Shown here: piece after piece, positions 54,334 to 63,176 of the stretch
How the letters are laid out: each line of letters opens with the position of its first letter
Numbering within the stretch: the stretch's first letter is position 1
Assembly: GCA_005240145.1 (NCBI GenBank)
Contig: SBAS01000088.1
Location: 4,925 to 68,924, forward strand
Origin: Nitrosomonadales bacterium
GTDB lineage: Bacteria > Pseudomonadota > Gammaproteobacteria > Burkholderiales > SG8-39
Length of the DNA stretch: 64,000 nucleotides
Direction of reading: 5' to 3'
Made by a program: the position numbers and the translations under genes
The notes under the pieces: model-generated
What the model was told of the DNA's origin: nothing
Database searches by the model: none
Seen by the model: only the letters and a program-made list of their open reading frames with translations

Positions 54334-54780
54334 TCAGGCGTACGGGTCGGCGAACCCGAGTCGGCGCAGGAGGCGGATTTCGGTTTTTTCCATGCGCGCC
54401 GCATCCGACCTGCGCAGGTGATCGTGGCCGCGCAGGTGCAGCACGCCATGCACCACGAGATGCGCGTAATGCGCGGCCAGTGTCTTGCCCTGCGTTCGTG
54501 CTTCTTTTGCGATGACAGGATGGCACAGCACGACATCGCCGTGGCGGCGGTCGTAGGAAAACGAGAGCACATTGGTGGGGGCCTTGCCCTGGCGAAAGCT
54601 GCGGTTGAGCAAGCGGCCTTCGGCAGCGCCCACCACGCGCAGCGTCACCAGGGCGCCCGGCCAGAGCGCGGCATGCGCGAATTTGCGCAGCAGCGCGGCC
54701 GTGGGTGCCGCGCCGAGCGCGCGCTGGACGACGACCTTACTTCGCGGGCGGCGCCTGCGCGGCGTCGTTGTCGTAGGCAT
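54334..54780 (-). CDS. ybeY: rRNA maturation endoribonuclease YbeY
   Basis: TNVLSF...HGVLHLRGHDH (the H3xH5xH zinc motif). Start taken as ATG 54780, overlapping phoH by 44 nt. The start is less certain than the family call. Confidence 0.8.
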   Translation of the reverse strand: MPTTTTPRRRRPRSKVVVQRALGAAPTAALLRKFAHAALWPGALVTLRVVGAAEGRLLNRSFRQGKAPTNVLSFSYDRRHGDVVLCHPVIAKEARTQGKTLAAHYAHLVVHGVLHLRGHDHLRRSDAARMEKTEIRLLRRLGFADPYA

Positions 54781-55696
54781 CGATGATTCGCGCCACCAGC
54801 GGATGTCGCACGACGTCGGCGGCGGTGAAGTCGCTGAAGGCGATGCCGCGCACGCCGGAGAGGATGCGCCGCGCCTCGATGAGGCCGCTCTTCTGTCCAC
54901 GGCCGAGATCGATCTGCGTCACGTCGCCGTTGACGACGGCCTTGGCGCCAAAGCCGATGCGGGTGAGGAACATCTTCATCTGCTCGGGCGTCGTGTTCTG
55001 CGCTTCGTCGAGGATGACGAAGGAATGGTTCAGCGTGCGGCCGCGCATGTAGGCCAGTGGCGCCAGTTCGATGGCGCCGCGCTCCAGCAGCTTCGCGGTG
55101 CGCTCGAAACCGGCGAGGTCGTACAGGGCGTCGTACAGCGGCCGCAGGTAGGGATCCACTTTCTGCGCCAGGTCTCCGGGCAGGAAGCCCAGGCGCTCGC
55201 CCGCCTCCACCGCAGGGCGCACCAGCACGATGCGCTTCACTTTGTCGCGTTCCAGCGCGTCGACCGCGCAGGCGACCGCGAGGTAGGTCTTGCCGGTCCC
55301 CGCCGGGCCGATGCCGATGGTGATGTCGTGCGCGAGGATGTTCTCGATGTACTTTACCTGGTGCGGCGTACGGCCGTGGAGATCCGGCCGGCGCGTCTGC
55401 AGAAGGGACGTACGCTCGTCCTTCCTCGCAAAGCCCTGCTGGGCCACTTCGGCCAGGCCCAGCTGCACGTCGTCGATGGTCAGGTCGTCCGTCGCCAGGC
55501 CGTAGAAATGCTTGAGCGCCTGTGCGGCGCGCGCCGCCTGTTCGCCGCGCACGGAGAAGCGCGCTCCCTTGCGCGCGATCTCCACGTCCAGCGCGGTTTC
55601 GATCTGGCGCAGGTTGGCGTCGAGCGCGCCGCACAGCCGCGCCAGGCGATGGTTGTCTACCGGATCGAGCCTGACTTCAACCGGCCTACTGCGCAT
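54737..55696 (-). CDS. phoH: PhoH-family ATPase (YbeZ)
   Basis: Start ATG 55696. [12 protein letters not shown] Walker A and ILDEAQN Walker B. Confidence 0.9.
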   Translation of the reverse strand: MRSRPVEVRLDPVDNHRLARLCGALDANLRQIETALDVEIARKGARFSVRGEQAARAAQALKHFYGLATDDLTIDDVQLGLAEVAQQGFARKDERTSLLQTRRPDLHGRTPHQVKYIENILAHDITIGIGPAGTGKTYLAVACAVDALERDKVKRIVLVRPAVEAGERLGFLPGDLAQKVDPYLRPLYDALYDLAGFERTAKLLERGAIELAPLAYMRGRTLNHSFVILDEAQNTTPEQMKMFLTRIGFGAKAVVNGDVTQIDLGRGQKSGLIEARRILSGVRGIAFSDFTAADVVRHPLVARIIDAYDNDAAQAPPAK

Positions 55697-57035
55697 GGAC
55701 CAGTTCACCGCGCAGCGAATGGTGCCGCGCTTCGGTGACGCGCAACGCAGCGAAGCGGCCGGCGAGTTCCCTGCCGCCGGGGAAATTGACGGTCCGGTTA
55801 TTGCCGGTGCGCGCGGCGAGTTCCGCGGCATCCCGCGTCGATGGACCTTCCACCAGCACCTGCTGGACCGTCCCCACCATGGCCTCGCTCACGGCGCGGG
55901 ATTGCGCCTCGAGCTGCGCCTGCAGCCGCTGCAGCCGCTCGAGCTTCTGCGCCTGCGGCACAGGATCGGCCAGTTCGGCGGCGGGTGTTCCCGGCCGCGG
56001 GCTGTAGAGGAACGAGTAGGAGCCGTCGAACGCCAGCTCGCGCGCGAGCGTGAGCGTGGCCTCGAAGTCGGCCTCGGTTTCGCCCGGGAAGCCGACGATG
56101 AAATCGGAGGAAATGCTGATCTCCGGCTTGGCCTTGCGCAGGCGCCGGACGATGGAGCGGTATTCGAGCGAGGTGTAACCGCGCTTCATCGCCGCCAGCA
56201 CGCGGTCCGAGCCCGACTGGACCGGCAGGTGCACGTGCGGCGCAAGCGCGGGCAACGCGGCGTGCGCGTCGATGAGGCGCTGCGTGAACTCGCGCGGGTG
56301 AGACGTGGTGTAGCGAATTCGCTCTATTCCCTCAATCTCATCCACGAAATAGAGAAGTTCGGCAAAGTCCGCCCGTGCAGGACCGCCTTTGGCGGTTGCG
56401 CTTTCGACCTCGCCGCGCCAGGCGTTGACGTTCTGCCCGAGCAGCGTCACTTCCTTCACGCCCTGCGCCGCGAGGCCGGCGATCTCGGCGATCACGTCGT
56501 CGAAGGGCCGCGAAATCTCCGCGCCGCGCGTATACGGCACCACGCAGAAACTGCAGTACTTGCTGCAGCCTTCCATGATCGAAACGAAGGCGCTGGATCC
56601 CTGGACGCGCGCCGGCGGCAGGTGGTCGAATTTCTCGATCTCGGGAAAACTCACGTCGACCTGCGGCTGGCCGCTCGCGCGCCTCTGCGCCAGCAATGCC
56701 GGCAGGCGATGCAGCGTCTGCGGCCCGAACACCACGTCGACATAGGGCGCCCGCTCGACGATGGCGCCGCCCTCCTGGCTGGCGACGCAGCCGCCGACCG
56801 CGATCATGAGGTTCGGATTGGCGCGCTTGAGATGCTGCACCCGGCCCAGATCGGAAAACACCTTTTCCTGCGCTTTCTCGCGCACCGAGCAGGTGTTGAA
56901 AACGATGAGGTCGGCTTCCTGCGCGTTCGCCGCCGGCGTAAGCCCCTCGGCCCGGGCGAGCACGGCGGAGATTTTCTCCGAGTCGTACTCGTTCATCTGA
57001 CAGCCGAACGTGCGAATGAAGACTTTTCCCGCCAT
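55686..57035 (-). CDS. miaB: tRNA-i6A37 methylthiotransferase
   Basis: 449 aa. [14 protein letters not shown], radical-SAM [15 protein letters not shown], and a TRAM domain. Confidence 0.95.
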   Translation of the reverse strand: MAGKVFIRTFGCQMNEYDSEKISAVLARAEGLTPAANAQEADLIVFNTCSVREKAQEKVFSDLGRVQHLKRANPNLMIAVGGCVASQEGGAIVERAPYVDVVFGPQTLHRLPALLAQRRASGQPQVDVSFPEIEKFDHLPPARVQGSSAFVSIMEGCSKYCSFCVVPYTRGAEISRPFDDVIAEIAGLAAQGVKEVTLLGQNVNAWRGEVESATAKGGPARADFAELLYFVDEIEGIERIRYTTSHPREFTQRLIDAHAALPALAPHVHLPVQSGSDRVLAAMKRGYTSLEYRSIVRRLRKAKPEISISSDFIVGFPGETEADFEATLTLARELAFDGSYSFLYSPRPGTPAAELADPVPQAQKLERLQRLQAQLEAQSRAVSEAMVGTVQQVLVEGPSTRDAAELAARTGNNRTVNFPGGRELAGRFAALRVTEARHHSLRGELVHAQ

Positions 57036-57038
57036 TCC

Positions 57039-57353
57039 CTACTTTTTCGAATCCGGCTGCGCTTCTTCCGGCGCCGACAGGATCCAGACGCGAGCCACCT
57101 GGCCCTGTGCGTCGGTCAGGTACTTGACGCGCACGCCGCGGGGCACTGCGGTGGGGACCACGATCAGGTTGCGCTCATCGCGGATCTGCGCACCGGCCGC
57201 GAGCTGCGTTCGCTTGCCGTCGATCTCGACGCTCATGCCCTGGACGTGGCTCAGCGTGGCGCGCTTGGCTTCCGCCGGAATGGTGCGGAACTGCGCCTGC
57301 GCGGCCGAAGCGGCGAGGACAAAACTGGCGATGGCAAGCAGGCTGCGAAGCAT
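57039..57353 (-). CDS. small exported hypothetical protein
   Basis: ATG 57353 gives MLRSLLAIASFVLAASAAQAQ (a signal peptide) and about 104 aa. The track start at 57410 would overlap the tRNA gene. Confidence 0.5.
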   Translation of the reverse strand: MLRSLLAIASFVLAASAAQAQFRTIPAEAKRATLSHVQGMSVEIDGKRTQLAAGAQIRDERNLIVVPTAVPRGVRVKYLTDAQGQVARVWILSAPEEAQPDSKK

Positions 57354-57377
57354 TGGGCCAGTGTACCGAAAAGGAAA

Positions 57378-57454
57378 TGGTGGCGAATCAGGGACTCGAA
57401 CCCCGGACAAACGGATTATGATTCCGCTGCTCTAACCAGCTGAGCTAATTCGCC
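57378..57454 (-). tRNA. tRNA with CAT anticodon (elongator Met or lysidine-modified Ile2; not initiator)
   Basis: The reverse complement is GGCGAAT-TA-GCTC-AGCTGGTTA-GAGC-A-GCGGA-ATCATAA-TCCGT-TTGTC-CGGGG-TTCGAGT-CCCTG-ATTCGCC-A-CCA. It folds as a cloverleaf with an encoded CCA. It lacks the initiator features (1:72 mismatch, GGG/CCC anticodon stem). Confidence 0.9.
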
Positions 57455-57503
57455 CCGGTGAAGAGTGCGAATTTTCGCCTAAAAAAGGCGTCAAGTCAAA
57501 GGG

Positions 57504-58721
57504 TTGAAGAAGCACCGGCCTGGAGAAATTGCACCCTTGAGTGCCGATAACGTGTTCGATGTGGCGATTGCCGGCGGCGCACTGGTCGGCGCTGCGCTGG
57601 CGCGCGGCCTGCGCGGCGCGCGCGTGGCCCTGATCGCGCCGGAGCAGCCCGCGCCAGCGCCGGCACCGGCGGGATTCGATTCGCGCGTGTACGCCATTAG
57701 CCCTGGAAACGCTGCGTTCCTCGCCCAGCTCGGCGTCTGGAACGCGATTGCGCCGGCGCGCAGGACGCCGGTGCACGCCATGCGTGTTTACGGTGACGAC
57801 GGCGAATCGCTGCTCGAGTTCGACGCTTATCGCACGGGCTGCAGTGAACTGGCCTGGATCGTGGAAGACGGGCTGCTGCGGGAAGCGTTATGGAACGGGC
57901 TGCAGGACCAGGGCGGCTTGAAGCTGTTTTCCGCTGCCTCGCTCGAAGCGCTGGAGCTTGGCGCGCAGCGCGCGAGCCTGCGGCTCAAGGACGGTCGCGA
58001 TCTGGCGGCCCAGCTGGTGGTCGGTGCCGACGGCGCACGCTCGCTGGTGCGCGCGCAAGCGGGCATCACGGCGGCGGAGCGCTCCTATGGTCAGCGCGCG
58101 GTGGTGGCCAATTTCGCCTGCGGCCGGCCGCATCGCAATGTCGCCTATCAATGGTTCCAGGGCGCACGCAGGCAGGGCGCGGTGCTCGCGCTCCTGCCGC
58201 TGCCTGGGGATCATGTGTCGATGGTCTGGTCCGTCCCCGATGCCGAGGCGGCGCGCCTGCTCGCACTGGCGCCTGCGGCGCTGGCGGGCGAAGTCACGCT
58301 TGTTTCCGGCGCGGCCGTCGGCGAGCTTGCGCTGGTGACGCCGCAGCGCGCTTTTCCGTTGCAGCAATTGACCGCGGCCAGGCTGGTGGCGCCGCGCGTT
58401 GCGCTGGCAGGGGACGCGGCGCACGTGATCCACCCTCTGGCCGGGCAGGGCGCCAATCTCGGCCTGCAGGATGCGCGCGTGCTGGCCGAGGTTCTGCGCG
58501 GGCGCGAGCCGGGCCGCGACGCGGGCGAGCTGCGGCTGTTGCGGCGCTACGAGAGAGGGCGCGCCGAGGATATACTCGCCATGCGTACCACGGTGCACGG
58601 CCTGTTCCGCCTCTTCGAGGCCGGCGGCAGCGGCGTGGCGCGGTTGCGCAATGCGGGATTGAACTTCGCCGACCGCATACCGGTCCTAAAGAACCTGCTG
58701 ATGCGTCACGCGATGGGATGA
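57504..58721 (+). CDS. UbiH/UbiF/VisC/COQ6-family FAD-dependent hydroxylase (second paralogue)
   Basis: FDVAIAGGALVGAALA...GDAAHVIHPLAGQGANLGLQD. TTG 57504 comes from the track; GTG 57552 is an alternative start. Confidence 0.8.
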   Translation: MKKHRPGEIAPLSADNVFDVAIAGGALVGAALARGLRGARVALIAPEQPAPAPAPAGFDSRVYAISPGNAAFLAQLGVWNAIAPARRTPVHAMRVYGDDGESLLEFDAYRTGCSELAWIVEDGLLREALWNGLQDQGGLKLFSAASLEALELGAQRASLRLKDGRDLAAQLVVGADGARSLVRAQAGITAAERSYGQRAVVANFACGRPHRNVAYQWFQGARRQGAVLALLPLPGDHVSMVWSVPDAEAARLLALAPAALAGEVTLVSGAAVGELALVTPQRAFPLQQLTAARLVAPRVALAGDAAHVIHPLAGQGANLGLQDARVLAEVLRGREPGRDAGELRLLRRYERGRAEDILAMRTTVHGLFRLFEAGGSGVARLRNAGLNFADRIPVLKNLLMRHAMG

Positions 58722-59461
58722 AGCGAATGCTGCGGATTTTTTTTCTTGCCCTTGCCATGGTTTTTTTCTCGCTGCCGGCGCTCGCCAACGAAGCGCGCAT
58801 CCGCCAGGCGGTCGAGGCCAAGCTGGGCGGGGTCAAGGTCGAGGGCATACAGGCGACGCCGCTGCCCGGAATATTCGAGGTCCGGTTCACGTCCGATGAA
58901 GGCCCGCAAATCATCTATTCGGATGCGCAGGGCAATTACCTCTTCATGGGCGAGCTGATCGATATCAAGGCCGACCGCAATCTCACCGAGGAGCGGATTC
59001 GCAAGCTCACGGCGATTGAATTCAGCGCGCTGCCGCTCGAACTCGCGCTCAAGATCCAGCGCGGCAACGGCAAGCGCGTGCTGGCGATGTTCACCGACCC
59101 GTACTGCCCGTATTGCCGCAGGTTCGAACAGCTGCTGATGCAACTCGACGACATCAGCGTGTATGTCTACATGTTTCCGGTGATCCGGCCCGCCGCCGCC
59201 GATCACTCGCGCGCGGTCTGGTGCTCCAAGGACCGCGTCAAGGCCTGGTTCGAGCTGGCCGCGCTCGACCAGCCCAGAATTCCCGCAGCCCCGCCAACCT
59301 GCGCCAATCCGGTGGACAAGGTGCTTGAGCTCGGCCGCTCGCTGCGTGTCAAGAGCACGCCCACGCTGTTCTTCGGCAACGGCGAGCGCATCGAGGGCGG
59401 GCTTGCGCTCGCGCAGTTGCGCGCCAAGCTGGACGAGGTCGCGCGGCTGCCGAAGAAGTAA
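58718..59461 (+). CDS. dsbC: thiol:disulfide interchange protein DsbC
   Basis: ATG 58718 overlaps the upstream stop (ATGA). Signal peptide, FTDPYCPYCRRFE (CxxC), and a second Cys pair. Confidence 0.85.
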   Translation: MKRMLRIFFLALAMVFFSLPALANEARIRQAVEAKLGGVKVEGIQATPLPGIFEVRFTSDEGPQIIYSDAQGNYLFMGELIDIKADRNLTEERIRKLTAIEFSALPLELALKIQRGNGKRVLAMFTDPYCPYCRRFEQLLMQLDDISVYVYMFPVIRPAAADHSRAVWCSKDRVKAWFELAALDQPRIPAAPPTCANPVDKVLELGRSLRVKSTPTLFFGNGERIEGGLALAQLRAKLDEVARLPKK

Positions 59462-59465
59462 GGGT

Positions 59466-60635
59466 TTACGGGCGGGGCAATGGTTCCCCACGCGGCCACA
59501 GGATCCACATGCGGCCCTGCTGGCGCATGCGCCCGGCAAGCGCACCGGCCTCGGCTCCGGTTCCCCAGTAAAAATCCGCGCGCACCGCGCCGCGGATCGC
59601 GCCACCGGTGTCCTGCGCCGCCATCAGGCGGCGCAGCGGTTGCGTGGACAGCGGCATCGTCGTGGCGAGGAAAACGGGCGCGCCGAGCGGCACCGCGCGC
59701 GCATCGACCGCGAGGCTGTAGCCGGCGGTAAGCGGTGCGCCAAGCGTGCCGAACGGACCGTTGCCCTGGGCCGCTGCGCGGAAAAAGACGTAGCTCGGAT
59801 TGGCATCGAGCGCCGCGCGCAGCTTGCCCGGGTTGGCGGCGGCCCAGGCCTTGATTCCGTGCATCGAGGTCTGCTCCAGGGCGAGCTCGCCGCGTTGCAC
59901 CAGGTGGCGCCCGAGCGAGACGTAGGGATGGCCGTTGTGCTCGCCGTAGCCCAGGCGCAGGCGGGGACCGGTGCCCAGCTCGATCTGCCCCGAGCCCTGG
60001 ATGTGCAGGAAAAAGAGTTCCACCGGATCCTCGACCCATGCCAGCACAGGGGCGTTGAACTGGCCTGTGGCGTCAATCTCGCCTCGGGTCCAGTACGGCA
60101 CCAGGCGCGCACTTTCAAGACGTCCGCGCAGGCGCAGCCCCTTCACCTCCGGCACCACGCCTTCCAGGTCCACGGCCACCAGGTCTGCGGGTACGCCGTA
60201 GACCGGATAGCGGAAGCGCTCGCTGCGCGTACGGCTGCCGGCGAGCACGGGCTCGTAGTAGCCGGTCACCATGCCCTCGCTGCTGCCGTCGGCATTGGTG
60301 AGCGCCCAGGCCTCGAAGCTTGCCTCGACGAAAGCGCGCGCCGCGGTCTCGTCGGCCGCGCTCAGTGCGTGCGCGGCATCGCAGGCGCGCCGCAGTGCGC
60401 TGCCGCCGGTGATCCGTCCGCAGCCGGAGGCGAAGGCGCGCAGACCCGGCACGAGCGGCGCATCCGCCCAGCCGGGGATCGCGGCGTAAGGCGTGTGCTG
60501 GTACTTTGCGTCGAGGGCGCGCGCTGGCGCTGGCGCCGGACAGGCGGGGCAGGCCGGCGGCGGCAGGCTGCCGCAGCCCGCGAGGACTAGAATCGCGGTC
60601 AGGCCAACGGCGAAGGCGCGGACGATGTGGGTCAT
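59466..60635 (-). CDS. mltA: membrane-bound lytic murein transglycosylase A
   Basis: 389 aa. Lipobox LVLAGCG, then the MltA/3D domain (GYYEP..., VAVD..VPLGAPVF, MAAQDTGGAIRG). Confidence 0.85.
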   Translation of the reverse strand: MTHIVRAFAVGLTAILVLAGCGSLPPPACPACPAPAPARALDAKYQHTPYAAIPGWADAPLVPGLRAFASGCGRITGGSALRRACDAAHALSAADETAARAFVEASFEAWALTNADGSSEGMVTGYYEPVLAGSRTRSERFRYPVYGVPADLVAVDLEGVVPEVKGLRLRGRLESARLVPYWTRGEIDATGQFNAPVLAWVEDPVELFFLHIQGSGQIELGTGPRLRLGYGEHNGHPYVSLGRHLVQRGELALEQTSMHGIKAWAAANPGKLRAALDANPSYVFFRAAAQGNGPFGTLGAPLTAGYSLAVDARAVPLGAPVFLATTMPLSTQPLRRLMAAQDTGGAIRGAVRADFYWGTGAEAGALAGRMRQQGRMWILWPRGEPLPRP

Positions 60636-60765
60636 CTATCTCGAAATGGGCGTGGCGCTTGCGCTGCTGATTCTAATCGTCTGGTGGACCTGGCCGGCGA
60701 AACGCGCGGGTAACGCCGAGTCCGCGCCGAAGGTTCAGGCTGACAAGGAAGAGGCGCCGCGATGA
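60625..60765 (+). CDS. 46-aa single-TM protein translationally coupled to the K+ channel gene
   Basis: MWVIYLEMGVALALLILIVWWTWPAKRAGN... The stop overlaps the channel ATG (ATGA at 60762). Confidence 0.4.
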   Translation: MWVIYLEMGVALALLILIVWWTWPAKRAGNAESAPKVQADKEEAPR

Positions 60766-61916
60766 GCGAAGCACGGCAGGCAGATTCCATGCGCGCGAAG
60801 GCGCACCATCTGCTCACCCGCGAAGAGGGCGGAGCGGGCGGACTCGCTGTGCGGACCGGATTGGTCGTCCTGATCGTCATCAGCGTCACCACGGCGATCC
60901 TGAAATCCGTGCCGCAATTCGGGCGCGCGCATAGCCAGCTGTTCGATGTCGTGCTGCTGATCACGACGCTGGGTTTCGCTGCCGAGTATCTGCTGCGGAT
61001 CTGGATCGCGCCGGAGAATCCCGGCGCCAGTGGCGCCGCGCGCGAGCGGCTGCGCTACGTTTTTTCGCTGCCCGGGCTGGTGGACCTGGTGGCCGCGATC
61101 CCGTTCGCGCTTGCACCGCGCCTCGGGTTCAATCTCGACTGGCTCGATATCGTGCCGATTTTCAAGCTGCTGCGCCATACGGCGGCGTTCCAGTTCATGG
61201 TCGAGGCGGTCTACAGCGAGCGGCGAGTGCTGTGGAGTGCGGTGGTGCTCATGCTGGTGCTGCTCGTGTTCCAGTCGAGCCTGGTCTACTACTTCGAGCG
61301 CGAGGCGCAGCCAGACAAGCTGGGCAGCATCCCTGAGGCGATGTGGTGGGGGATCGTGACCCTGACCACGGTAGGCTACGGCGACGTCACGCCGGTCACC
61401 CCCTGGGGGAAGGTGGCGGGCGGACTCACCGCAGTGATGGGCCTGTGCATGTTCGCGATCCCGGTGGGCATCATCGCCTCGGCGTTCATCGAGGCGGTGC
61501 GGCGGCGCGAGTTCGTCGACACCTGGAACCTGGTGGCCAAGGTGCCGTTGTTCCGCACCCTCGATGCGGCGCGCATTGCCGCGGTGGCCGGCGTGCTGCG
61601 CGCGCGGCGCGCCGAGCGCGGTGAGCGCCTGATGCGCAAGGGCGATCAGGCCGATTCGATGTATTTCATCGTCTCGGGCGAGGTCGAGGTGGACCAGGAG
61701 ACAACGGCGCCCAAAGGCCGGCTCGCTGCGGGCGACTTCTTCGGCGAGATCGCGCTCATCGCCGAGCGCGCGCGCACCGCGACGATCACCGCGCAGTCAC
61801 ACTGCAAGCTGCTGGTGCTGCACAAGGACGATTTCGAGAGTTTCATGGACGCGCATCCGGAGCTGAGGGATGCGGTGCGCGCCGCCGCAAAGCGGCGGCT
61901 GGAGGAGCTGGCTTAA
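60762..61916 (+). CDS. cyclic-nucleotide-gated potassium channel (MloK1-like)
   Basis: 384 aa. S1-S6 helices, selectivity filter TTVGYGDV, and a C-terminal cNMP domain (FRTLDAARIA...GDFFGEIALI...RTATITA). Confidence 0.85.
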   Translation: MSEARQADSMRAKAHHLLTREEGGAGGLAVRTGLVVLIVISVTTAILKSVPQFGRAHSQLFDVVLLITTLGFAAEYLLRIWIAPENPGASGAARERLRYVFSLPGLVDLVAAIPFALAPRLGFNLDWLDIVPIFKLLRHTAAFQFMVEAVYSERRVLWSAVVLMLVLLVFQSSLVYYFEREAQPDKLGSIPEAMWWGIVTLTTVGYGDVTPVTPWGKVAGGLTAVMGLCMFAIPVGIIASAFIEAVRRREFVDTWNLVAKVPLFRTLDAARIAAVAGVLRARRAERGERLMRKGDQADSMYFIVSGEVEVDQETTAPKGRLAAGDFFGEIALIAERARTATITAQSHCKLLVLHKDDFESFMDAHPELRDAVRAAAKRRLEELA

Positions 61917-61927
61917 GCAGCGCTGGA

Positions 61928-62920
61928 TCAGGGCTGTTTGCGCTGCGCGAGGATGGCTTCGAGCGTCTTGCGTGCTTCAGGCAGCGTGGGGCCCTCGAGC
62001 GCGACCGCGGTGCGCGCCGCGCTCTCGGCTTCGGGCAGCCGGCCAAGCACGCCGAGCACGTGGGCGAGGTTATTGAACGCGATCGCCGACTGCGGGTGCG
62101 CTTCGCTTGCGCCGCGCAAGGCGCGTTCGGCCGCAGCCATGTCCTTCAGGTGGTACTCGACGTTGCCCAGTCCGATCAGGCCGATCAGGTTCCCGGGCCA
62201 GCGCGCGAGCAGCGCGCGGTAGGATTCGCGCGCCTCGAGGCGGCGGCCGGCTTGCTCCAGCGCCGCCGCCGCGCCCGCGAAATCGGTTTCCTGGGCGCTG
62301 GCGGGAAGGCGCCCCGGCGCGAGCGCGAGCATCGACCAGTAGTCGCTGTCGCGCCAGAAGAATTCGAGAAACGCGAAGCTCCATTCGTCGCGCGCCTTTT
62401 TCCCCGAGCGCACGATGACTGCGCGCTTGTCGAGGTCGTAGCCGACGATCACGGCGTAATGCCAGACCGGCATCAGCCTGAGCGACAGGTTGAGCAGCAC
62501 CACCACGGGCGTGCCCGCGGCGAGTTCGCGCAGCAGGTCTTCGAGCCGCGGCGCGAGCGGGTATGCGACCAGGCCCACCCGGCGCGTGGCGCCGAGCATC
62601 TCGGCCTGCAGGCTGCCCTGCCGCCCGGGCAGGTACACCATCGGCGTGACGGACTCGACATTCGCCGCCGCGACGCCGGCGGCGTTGAACGCCATCGCGA
62701 GCGACGCCGGCCCGCAGAGGAAATCGTCCTGCTGGTGGAACGGTACCTGCGTCAGTTCGACGCGCGGCGGCAGGCCCGCCGGCCGATCTGCGCGCAGCGC
62801 TTCGCTCTGCGGCAGCGAGATGCAGCCGCCCAGGCAGAGCGTTGCGCTCAGCGCGGCAAATAAAAAGCCCGCGCGAGCGCGGGCTTTGCCGGACGGGAGC
62901 GCTACTTCTTGACCAACCAC
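61928..62920 (-). CDS. PA2778-family (C39-like) cysteine peptidase lipoprotein with TPR repeats
   Basis: 330 aa. Lipobox LCLGGC, FLCGPASLAMAF (catalytic Cys), WHYAVIVGYD (His), and a C-terminal TPR region. GTG start. Confidence 0.7.
   Translation of the reverse strand: MVGQEVALPSGKARARAGFLFAALSATLCLGGCISLPQSEALRADRPAGLPPRVELTQVPFHQQDDFLCGPASLAMAFNAAGVAAANVESVTPMVYLPGRQGSLQAEMLGATRRVGLVAYPLAPRLEDLLRELAAGTPVVVLLNLSLRLMPVWHYAVIVGYDLDKRAVIVRSGKKARDEWSFAFLEFFWRDSDYWSMLALAPGRLPASAQETDFAGAAAALEQAGRRLEARESYRALLARWPGNLIGLIGLGNVEYHLKDMAAAERALRGASEAHPQSAIAFNNLAHVLGVLGRLPEAESAARTAVALEGPTLPEARKTLEAILAQRKQP
62858..62885 (-). terminator. terminator-like hairpin inside the 5' end of the peptidase ORF
   Basis: On the minus strand: AGCCCGCG-CTCG-CGCGGGCT followed by TTTTATTT. 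It encodes residues KARARAGFLF of the signal peptide. Confidence 0.3.
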
Positions 62921-63176
62921 CAGATCAGCACGGACAGATGTACTTATCTGAACCCTTTCCTGTGATGGAGAGAATCCTGCGCCTCGCCTTGCGCGCTATC
63001 CGCGCCAGGCTGGAGTCAATCTAGTCCCGCCCGAGCGGGCGCGTCAAGGGCATGCGGCGCCGTCGCCGCAACCCGACGGGCAGGGCCGGCTTGCGGTCCA
63101 CGGTATAGAATGCCCGCTTTCCGGCGAGACCGCCCGGGGCAGAAGAGCGCAGCGGCCGGGAATCGGGGGGACGAGC

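Noticed and set aside
57039-57410. 123-aa version of the small ORF downstream of the tRNA
   Set aside because: Its first 19 codons overlap the tRNA gene. The internal ATG 57353 yields a proper signal peptide.
57354-57454. tRNA(CAT) as an integration site for a genomic island
   Set aside because: No integrase, direct repeat of the tRNA 3' end or foreign-looking genes flank it. The neighbours (miaB, a ubi hydroxylase) are core genes.
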